From Planctomycetota bacterium (GTDB lineage: Bacteria > Planctomycetota > UBA1135 > UBA2386): a stretch of DNA of 64,000 nucleotides. The stretch spans positions 128,001 through 192,000 of the forward strand of contig CANMWZ010000001.1 of assembly GCA_947501605.1 (NCBI GenBank). The letters run 5' to 3'. The position numbers and the translations under genes were made by a program. Below, piece by piece: positions 56,665 through 64,000 of the stretch. Below the pieces are notes generated by a model. The model saw only the letters and a program-made list of their open reading frames with translations, did no database searches and was not told the origin of the DNA. Numbering within the stretch: the stretch's first letter is position 1; every line of letters starts with the position of its first letter.

Positions 56665-59600
56665 CTATTGGACGCGCTGGAACCGATAGGAAAGGGCGAA
56701 GGTGTCGATCGCGGGAGCCACCGGTGGCGACGCGTCGATGTTGTTGCTCATCAGGTAGCGCCAGTTGATGTAGCGCACGTCGCTTGGAGTGAATCCCTCG
56801 TTGGGACCGTTAAACCGGCTTAGGTAGCCGGCATCCAAGAGCTGGTTCGGATCGAGCACGTAGGACGTCACCGTCCGGTTGTAGAAGTACGTCCACCAGT
56901 TCCGCGCCACGCCATTGTTTTGGCGGTCGTCAAACTTGCGGATGTGAGCGTCACAGGCCTTGAACGGGTCCAGCGCAAAGTTGGCCGCCGTCGTCTGGAG
57001 CTGAGCGGTGTAAGCCGGCGGGTAGACCGTTTGCCCCGTGCCTTGCGCCCATTCGCGCCAGTACCACGGGTTCGCATCAACCTGGCTGGCACCGCGGAAC
57101 TGCGCAATGATTGAGGTGCCGCCCGGCAACTGAGTGGTAGGCGGATCAAACTCGTACAGAAACTGCGCGCGCACACCTGCCGGCACCGCGATCGAGCCGT
57201 TCTGTGGGTTCGTGAAGTACGGGCCGAGGCGCGAATCCGCGAAGCCGTTCGGAACGCGGTGCGGGTTGTAAAGATCGATGAAGCCGTTCGTGACCACGCT
57301 GGCACGCTTCAGGAAGTCGATCATGACCCAGTAGAAGGTGTTGTCACCTGGAATGGTCGTCCCGCCCGTCCCAAGAGGCGGAGGCGGCGCATACCCACCC
57401 TGACCAGTCGGCGAAGCGGTGGGCTCGCGGCAGATCGGATTCAGGTTCGGGAAGGGCGGACGACCCGCCGTGTACATGCGGAAGTTGGGAGTGCTACTCG
57501 ACGTGAGAGCGATCGAGGTCTGCCAACCGGTGAGGCCGAACGCAACGTAGCCATTGCCCGCAGGCAACTGAGACGAATCGCATTCGACCAAGAAGTCGGC
57601 GAGCAGTGGCAACGCGATGTTGCCAACCAACCCTTCGGTTACGCGGTCCTGGGTTGTGTTGACGCGAATCAGATAGTTGTTCCCGCTGTGCCAGAATCCG
57701 TTGAGGAAGGCAATCGGGCCGGTCACACCGTTGTCCTGCACCGCGCGGCGCGCGACACCGTGATTCCACGGGGACAGGATCCACGGCAGGAAGCTGACCG
57801 CAGTGTTGTTCACGTCAGCGCCGATGCCGCAGTTGGCACCCTGCTCGACGAGAGTCTCATCGCGATAGACGAAGTAGGGTCGACGCATTGCCGGCAGCGG
57901 CAAGAAGCGGTTCCGCTGGTTTGGCTCGAGGACCGTCTGTTGCGCATCGATGCGCAGGTTTGACGGGCTGTTGACAAAGGCGCTGTGCGGCAAAGGGCGA
58001 GTCTCGACCGAGTTGACACTCGAGTTGGCCCGCAGGTTACGGACGTAATTGTCGTCGAATGTCGTCAACAGACCCGAGTCGGGGAAGGTCGGCAGCGCGC
58101 CGAAGTTGCCGACGCAGGGCTCCGGGCGGCGCTCGCTGTGACCGAGTCGCAGCGTGACCTTGTCGAACTCGTCGAACTCGATCGGAGCCCCCGTGAAAGG
58201 CGCCCAGTACATGCGCTCGATGTCGAGATTGAAGTCGAAGGGATCGGTGCGCGACAGGCTCAGGTCGATCTCGCGCCATACGGTCTGCAAACGACATCCG
58301 TAGGGGTTGAAGGGGTTCTGCAGACCCAGACCCAGCGGAGCAGTAGAAGTGTTTGCAGCAATCTGGTTCTCGCCCGCAGCCTGTTCCGGACACCAACGCA
58401 AAACCGAGGATTGCGGATCGACTGGAGCTTGATTGAGGTTGTCCGCCACCCGGCGAAGCCGCGTGGTGGGACGCCCTTCGAGGCGGCCACCTGTACGAGA
58501 GAACGCGCCGAAGACGTCTGCTAGCGGCAGAGCTCGCGCGTTCGGTGTTGCGCCGTTGCCTTGAACCTCTTCGGGAAGGTAGTAGGACGGGTTTGGATCC
58601 TCGTCCGCGTTGTTCATCGGGCGGACGACGTAAACCGGCAGATTGTCTTCGAACTGCGCACGGCCCGCGACCGAGCGTGTGTCGAGCGTGAAGGGGATGA
58701 CCAGACCGCTCGCACGGTTTGGATCGTTGGTCTGAAGATCAATCGGATTGCCAGCAAGGTCGCGAATGCCATCGACACCACTGACCAAGTGCAGGAAGTA
58801 AGGACGAGGACCGTCCTGTCGCATCGCTGCGTCTAGGTAGAAACCCTGGAGAGGTTGGAGACGCAGCGTCGTCTGCGAACCGTCCTCGTCGAGCACGCGC
58901 GATCCAATGAGATGCGGAGTGCGGAACTTCGCCAAGTTGAACGACGAGGGCGCCATACCAACTCCGCTAGGGGCACCCGTTGCATCAGCAACTCGCCACG
59001 GCCGAGTCGCAATGAACTCGTCGATCGCGACCTGATCCACGAGGTTTCGCGTCGCGAAGAAGAAAGTGTCCGCCCACTTGACCGTGGTGCGATCGACGGG
59101 CTTGGTGAAGCGGATGACGGCGCCGGCGAAAGGCGAGATGTTCTCGTTCGGCTGGCTCGGTGTGCCATCGAACTGCGCCAAGGGCGTGGGTGTGAACAGG
59201 CCGAAATAGCGCGGATCATCGCCCTGGACCAGCACGGTGCCTGTCGCAGGATCGATGCGTCCGCCCTGATACTCGGTGACCAACAGGGCACGCGGCGCGT
59301 TTGCAGCCAGCCACGCATCAATCTGAGCGGGATCCGACGGGTAGTCGGGGCGATTGCTCGGATCGATGGTCTCAAGTCCCGGAACCAACCGGACCAGCAC
59401 ATCGACGTGCTGAACGCCGGGCTGCCCCGCGTCGTCGGTCGGCTCTACAACGACCTCACTCGATCCGAACGGCGCATTGCTGTTATCCACGAGGAAACGG
59501 AAGACATCACCGCGATCAATCTCCTGAGAGATGCCGCCCTTGAAGACCCGCACTCGCATCGTGAGGCTGTTCACTTCATCGACGCGCTCCAGATACATCG

Positions 59601-60585
59601 GCATCTGCCCGACGAGGCGAGGCGGCTCATTGTCGAGCACGAAGCCTCGCGCAAGATCCGGACTACTATCGGAGTCGTTGCCGGAGCGGAAGTCGCGGAC
59701 GATCGCGCTACGACCGCCGTTGTTGAGCCCCGTCCAGCTGTCGGAGCGCAGACGCGGAATCGCCAACGGACCATCGAGGGCCAAGGCAATACGGATGTTG
59801 GCGCCGAAGCTGTCTGGTGACGCCGGCAGGCCGGAAGCATTGTTGCTGGTCTGGTATTGTCGACCCTCGCTACCGAGAAGGACAGGGTCTAGGATCAGGC
59901 TGCTGCCATCGACGATGACGCGAACGTCCAAAGGCACGAAGTTGCCCGCCACGGTGGGGTCGCCCGCAATCTGCAGCAACTGCACCGCATCGGTGTTGCG
60001 TAGTGCAGTCACTTCTCCGTTGGCATCGCGGACGACGAAAAAGTCGTCGCTCACACCGAGCGCGCGGGTGAAGTTGAGCCGGATTGCCGCGTTACGCGGA
60101 ACAATCGAAAACGGTTGCCCGGCGCCACCCTGCCCAAACAGCAGCGGGGTGACCAGACTAACTTCGTTGTCGAGATCGTCGAAGAGCTGCTGGAACGCCG
60201 CAGAACCGATCTCGCGCGGAATGAAGATTCGCGGCTGAAGCGTGTCGGCGTCGGCACTCAGGAAGTCGTAGCGGATCTCGGAATCCGCCTTGCCCTCGGT
60301 GGAAGTCCCTGGGACACGCTCATCGCGGATATCGCGACCGACCAGGACATCTTTGCGCACGAGGTCGCGAGTCTGCCCTTCGCTGGTCGTGCGGATGCCG
60401 TACACGTCCACGATTCGACCGAACTCAACGCTACTGATGGATGTGGTCGCAACTGCGGGCCCTGCTCCCGACGGTGCAACGGAGCCCCCACTGCCACAAG
60501 AGGCAGTGAACACCCCGAACAGGGCGAAACCGGAAGCAACGAGGGCGACACGGGCCGTAGACCGGCCTGACGTGGTGCTTGCCAT
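56665..60585 (-). CDS. large lipoprotein with Ig-like domains (A, about 1300 aa)
   Basis: FTASC lipobox when started at ATG 60585; IRFTKPVD, GIRDLAGNP; paralog of 49207..53082. Confidence 0.85.
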   Translation of the reverse strand: MASTTSGRSTARVALVASGFALFGVFTASCGSGGSVAPSGAGPAVATTSISSVEFGRIVDVYGIRTTSEGQTRDLVRKDVLVGRDIRDERVPGTSTEGKADSEIRYDFLSADADTLQPRIFIPREIGSAAFQQLFDDLDNEVSLVTPLLFGQGGAGQPFSIVPRNAAIRLNFTRALGVSDDFFVVRDANGEVTALRNTDAVQLLQIAGDPTVAGNFVPLDVRVIVDGSSLILDPVLLGSEGRQYQTSNNASGLPASPDSFGANIRIALALDGPLAIPRLRSDSWTGLNNGGRSAIVRDFRSGNDSDSSPDLARGFVLDNEPPRLVGQMPMYLERVDEVNSLTMRVRVFKGGISQEIDRGDVFRFLVDNSNAPFGSSEVVVEPTDDAGQPGVQHVDVLVRLVPGLETIDPSNRPDYPSDPAQIDAWLAANAPRALLVTEYQGGRIDPATGTVLVQGDDPRYFGLFTPTPLAQFDGTPSQPNENISPFAGAVIRFTKPVDRTTVKWADTFFFATRNLVDQVAIDEFIATRPWRVADATGAPSGVGMAPSSFNLAKFRTPHLIGSRVLDEDGSQTTLRLQPLQGFYLDAAMRQDGPRPYFLHLVSGVDGIRDLAGNPIDLQTNDPNRASGLVIPFTLDTRSVAGRAQFEDNLPVYVVRPMNNADEDPNPSYYLPEEVQGNGATPNARALPLADVFGAFSRTGGRLEGRPTTRLRRVADNLNQAPVDPQSSVLRWCPEQAAGENQIAANTSTAPLGLGLQNPFNPYGCRLQTVWREIDLSLSRTDPFDFNLDIERMYWAPFTGAPIEFDEFDKVTLRLGHSERRPEPCVGNFGALPTFPDSGLLTTFDDNYVRNLRANSSVNSVETRPLPHSAFVNSPSNLRIDAQQTVLEPNQRNRFLPLPAMRRPYFVYRDETLVEQGANCGIGADVNNTAVSFLPWILSPWNHGVARRAVQDNGVTGPIAFLNGFWHSGNNYLIRVNTTQDRVTEGLVGNIALPLLADFLVECDSSQLPAGNGYVAFGLTGWQTSIALTSSSTPNFRMYTAGRPPFPNLNPICREPTASPTGQGGYAPPPPLGTGGTTIPGDNTFYWVMIDFLKRASVVTNGFIDLYNPHRVPNGFADSRLGPYFTNPQNGSIAVPAGVRAQFLYEFDPPTTQLPGGTSIIAQFRGASQVDANPWYWREWAQGTGQTVYPPAYTAQLQTTAANFALDPFKACDAHIRKFDDRQNNGVARNWWTYFYNRTVTSYVLDPNQLLDAGYLSRFNGPNEGFTPSDVRYINWRYLMSNNIDASPPVAPAIDTFALSYRFQRVQ

Positions 60586-60919
60586 GGTGTGCACTGAGTT
60601 TGGATGCGCGGGCGCGCCGCGCTTGCTGCGAGCTTCGCCATTCACCGCTCGCGAGCCACCGCAGACCAAAGTACGGAGGCAGTGGATCACATGCAGCATG
60701 GGAAGCTACTGGAGGTTACAACAGGAAAACCGATTGAGGACCGCGACCAAACGCGAGCGTCTCGGCGAGGGGCACTCCGACGGAATCAACTATCATGCCG
60801 TAGTCGGCGTCCGACACAAGCCTCCCCAACACCCTGTATCTTCGGCACTTGGCGCATCGTTCCGAAAGTGCAGGCGAGCGCTCCAGCCCGCAGTCGGGCA
60901 TGGGCTGGTGCGGATTCGC

Positions 60920-62320
60920 TCACTGACCCACTGCATCGCTGGGCTTCCTTGGTTCGAAACCGGCGGCACGCGCCTGTTCCTCGGACTCGAACCAGACTCG
61001 TTCGCTCGGTGGCACTGCGGCCACGAGTTGCTCGGAGCAACCATCAAACCAGCGCCGGGTCAGGTGCCCGACACAGCGAACCTCGAGCTCTCGTTCGCAA
61101 TACGCGCACTCGAGGCTCGGCGCTTCGCCCACACCCTGGCGGATTCGGAAATCGCGCTCGAGGTACCGCACGCCTTCCCCGTTGGTGATGCAGCGCTCGT
61201 TCCGGCACCGCATTGAACTGCGCGAGTCCACTCCGGGATTCGTCGCATGATCAGCTCGGGGGCGCGACCGGAGCTGAATCCGACCAAGGAGATAGGCCAT
61301 GAGCGCCATGCGCATCGGCACCCCAAGCTCGGCCTGCCGGAAGTAAACAGACCTAGGGTCAGCATCGACGTCGTAGTCGATCTCGTCGACGCGAGGCAAG
61401 GGGTGCATCACGCGCGCGTCCTTGGCTGCAGCCGCGCGCAAGGTCTGGGAGGAGAGTCGGGGGTAGTTCTTGGTCTCCTCGCCCGAGTGCCGCTCTCGTT
61501 GCGCCCGCGTCATGTAGATCGCATCGATGCGGTTCACCTCAACAGGCCCGAGCTGCGTGAACAAGGCCAACTGGTGAGGTTCACTCGCAGTCAGGTAAGC
61601 AGCGGCATTGCTGCTACCTGCGAGTCCCGGAAGATCGGCAACCGAGGCGGCGCCGGTCTTGACCCCAAAATCGCGACGGAGACGGCGCAAAACGTAATCC
61701 GGCAGCTCGAAGCCCGGATACGGCATCGTCACGATGTTCGCCCGGAAGCGGGCCAATGCGTAGCAGAACGAGTGGATCGTCCGCGAGTAGCGAAGGTCGC
61801 CGCAGAGCACGACCTCGAGACCCTCGAGCTTGCCCTTCTCCTTCCACAGCGTGTAGAGATCGCAGAGGGTCTGAGTCGGATGTTCATGCGAACCGTCACC
61901 CCCGTTGATGACCGGCACCCGCGCGTAGCGTGCGGCGACTCGGGCGGCGCCGTCCTCGGGGTGTCGCACGACAAGGATGTCCGCGTAGCTACCACCGACG
62001 ACTCGGACAGTGTCTGCAAGGGACTCGCCCTTGCTGCGACTGCTTGACTTCTCGTCCGCGGCGGTAATCACGCCGCCACCGAGACGGAGCATGGCCGACT
62101 CGAAGCTGAGTCGAGTCCGGGTACTCGGCTCGAAAAACAGCGTTGCCATGATCGTGCCACGACATAAATCCGACCAAGCTCGGAGGTTGTCGCGGAACTC
62201 GTCGGCGTGCTGGAAGAGCTCGAGGATCTCTTCGGTACTCAGGTCCTCGATCGAAACCAGGTCGCGCTTCTCGCTACCGCTCGGGCCCGGGCGTGGACTG
62301 CTTGGGTTCGCAGAACTCAT
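60920..62320 (-). CDS. pyrB: aspartate carbamoyltransferase fused to a PyrI-like zinc domain
   Basis: FFEPSTRTRLSFE, KGESL.DT, HPTQ, GDLRYSRT, HPLPR; C-terminal CRNERCIT...CAYCE. Confidence 0.93.
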   Translation of the reverse strand: MSSANPSSPRPGPSGSEKRDLVSIEDLSTEEILELFQHADEFRDNLRAWSDLCRGTIMATLFFEPSTRTRLSFESAMLRLGGGVITAADEKSSSRSKGESLADTVRVVGGSYADILVVRHPEDGAARVAARYARVPVINGGDGSHEHPTQTLCDLYTLWKEKGKLEGLEVVLCGDLRYSRTIHSFCYALARFRANIVTMPYPGFELPDYVLRRLRRDFGVKTGAASVADLPGLAGSSNAAAYLTASEPHQLALFTQLGPVEVNRIDAIYMTRAQRERHSGEETKNYPRLSSQTLRAAAAKDARVMHPLPRVDEIDYDVDADPRSVYFRQAELGVPMRMALMAYLLGRIQLRSRPRADHATNPGVDSRSSMRCRNERCITNGEGVRYLERDFRIRQGVGEAPSLECAYCERELEVRCVGHLTRRWFDGCSEQLVAAVPPSERVWFESEEQARAAGFEPRKPSDAVGQ

Positions 62321-62374
62321 GGATCCTCGGCATCTGGGCGACAGCGCGGATTGCGCAGCAGGAGCCCACCGCGA

Positions 62375-63409
62375 TCATGCCCGCGGAAGCCCCGCCGCGG
62401 AAGCAAGCTGCTGGAGCGTGTTGAGATCGCCGGAGCAGAGAGCCGCCGGACCACCCACCGGACCAGCAGGCGGCAAGCAGCGCCGATCTCGCAAGAGGGC
62501 GCCAATCGCGGCTCGCACGAGACCGGAACCAGCCGTGTCCGCACAAGCCACGGTTGCATCGAGGCGAAGCTCAGGCGGCCAGTGGGCCTGCGGCAGGTCC
62601 CCCTTCGTTGCTACCACGAGCACGTCTGACTCGAACATAGAGTGATCGATCGCACTTGGCCCGACGCTGCCATCCACCACAAGAATCACCAAGTCACCGC
62701 GCGCGCGTTCGACGTGAGCACGATCCATCGCCCGTTGGTCGACCGGTGAACTCGCATGGCCTTCGCCGGCGGTATCGACGATTTCGTACGGATAGCCGTC
62801 GAGAGACGCCGCGTCCGAGATCGGATCTCTGGTCAGGCCGGCGACCGGCCCAGCCAGCGCGCGTTCGCGAAACAGGAGCCTATTGAACAGGGTCGACTTG
62901 CCAGCGTTTTGTCGTCCGACGAGCACGAGGCGGCAGGGCAGCACATGCGCCATGGCGACACGCGACCGCTGCAGCGCAAGTTCGAGTTCGCGCCGCTGCC
63001 ATTCTGCTGGTTGCCCTGCCAGCACTCGCAGGTAGGCCGGGACATCGAATGCCCTCTGCTCGAGAGCAAGGTGCAGCTGTTCACGACTGATGGCGCGCTG
63101 CAGAAGCTCATCGGCCGCGCTGACAGCGGGGATACGGGGTTCGCCAAACCGAATCGCCAGCAGATCGATCACGGCTGGACTTCCGTGGAGGTGCAACTCA
63201 AGACCCCTTGTCGCCCGGTCGACCATCAACACATCGTCAACGACAACTTGATCGAGCACGAGGTTCGCTCGCAGCGGCGGGGCGCCAGCAACAGCACCCA
63301 CAACACCACCATCGCGACCGCGAAGGCACGCGAGTAGAGCAGAGCGCTCGCTCGGGGCGAAGGTCACGACCGCGACTCCGCCGTGACCTGCGGGGGTCAG
63401 CAACTCCAT
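62375..63409 (-). CDS. short MnmE/TrmE-like GTPase
   Basis: TPAGHGGVAVV, ELHLHGSPAV, GRQNAGKSTLFN, GLTRD, DTAG, TKGD; no C-terminal FCIGK. Confidence 0.8.
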   Translation of the reverse strand: MELLTPAGHGGVAVVTFAPSERSALLACLRGRDGGVVGAVAGAPPLRANLVLDQVVVDDVLMVDRATRGLELHLHGSPAVIDLLAIRFGEPRIPAVSAADELLQRAISREQLHLALEQRAFDVPAYLRVLAGQPAEWQRRELELALQRSRVAMAHVLPCRLVLVGRQNAGKSTLFNRLLFRERALAGPVAGLTRDPISDAASLDGYPYEIVDTAGEGHASSPVDQRAMDRAHVERARGDLVILVVDGSVGPSAIDHSMFESDVLVVATKGDLPQAHWPPELRLDATVACADTAGSGLVRAAIGALLRDRRCLPPAGPVGGPAALCSGDLNTLQQLASAAGLPRA

Positions 63410-64000
63410 CCTGACTCCACTGCGCAGAGATGGAGCCCCTGGTGGACAAGGTCAGGTGCAACTACGGGTCGCAATCGGCCGCGCCGGAGATAGTCCTCTG
63501 CATGGCCGCCGGTAATCACCACCGTGCACGGCCCGCGCGCCACGGCGACGGTATCTGCGACCATTCGTTCGATTGCGCCGCAGTAGGACAGCAGCAGGCC
63601 TGTGTGAACCGCAGTGGCCGAGGATCGCGGCGGCACGTCGCTCGCCGACCGCACGTCGGCCTCCGGGAGGTGAGGGGTAATGACACTCATGCCATGTGAG
63701 AGTGCGCGCAGACCCGGCGCGATGGCCCCCCCGCGAAACGTGCCGTCGTCCTCGATGAGGTTTACCGTCGTGGCACTGCCGCAGTCGACCACCACAGCTC
63801 GACCCCAACGGCGATGCGCTGCCAGGGCAGACAACCAACGATCTGCGCCGAGAGTCTCCGGCGTGTCATAGTCGAGCGGTAGTGGGCATCGAAGGTCGAT
63901 GCCGATCTGCGCCACTGGAACCCCGAGCTGCTGCAGCTCTGCAAGCGCAGTTGCGAGGGCATTCGGCACAACTGTGACCGCAACGGCGGCACTCGGTCGA
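63397..64000 (-). CDS. coaX: type III pantothenate kinase (5' end outside the window)
   Basis: LGADR, VVVDCGSATT, GGAIAPG, VITGG, LV..GL. Confidence 0.92.
   Translation of the reverse strand, partial: RPSAAVAVTVVPNALATALAELQQLGVPVAQIGIDLRCPLPLDYDTPETLGADRWLSALAAHRRWGRAVVVDCGSATTVNLIEDDGTFRGGAIAPGLRALSHGMSVITPHLPEADVRSASDVPPRSSATAVHTGLLLSYCGAIERMVADTVAVARGPCTVVITGGHAEDYLRRGRLRPVVAPDLVHQGLHLCAVESGWSC

Overview
GC-rich, gene-dense bacterial window. The PSCyt/DUF1549-DUF1553 plus DUF1501 genes suggest a Planctomycetota origin (inference). From left to right it holds: an ECF sigma factor; a complete Na+-translocating NADH:quinone oxidoreductase operon (nqrM-nqrABCDEF-apbE, with ApbE fused to a TPR domain); an acyl carrier protein; an EEP hydrolase; tRNA-Sec head-to-head with a highly non-canonical EF-P paralog; TerC; two sodium:solute symporters, each with a small membrane partner; cysS; a secreted protein followed by a truncated copy of its N-terminus; a Ser/Thr kinase-ATPase-TPR protein; a planctomycete cytochrome c/DUF1501/DUF2231 operon; LPS kinase and heptosyltransferase; a Tsr3/DTW-like enzyme; SUFU; nth; lon; an EF-G-like paralog; an OmpA/MotB lipoprotein; prepilin peptidase; four large related Ig-like lipoproteins (about 13.6 kb); pyrB fused to a PyrI-like zinc domain; a short MnmE-like GTPase; and a partial coaX. 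The best candidate for an undescribed system is the A-B-A'-B' lipoprotein cluster, whose members share C-terminal beta-strand motifs and lie upstream of prepilin peptidase and OmpA/MotB. It may build a surface layer or fibre. The second candidate is the selC/EF-P-like divergon. I saw no CRISPR array, rRNA, transposase or integrase. All calls come from reading motifs by eye; no searches were run.
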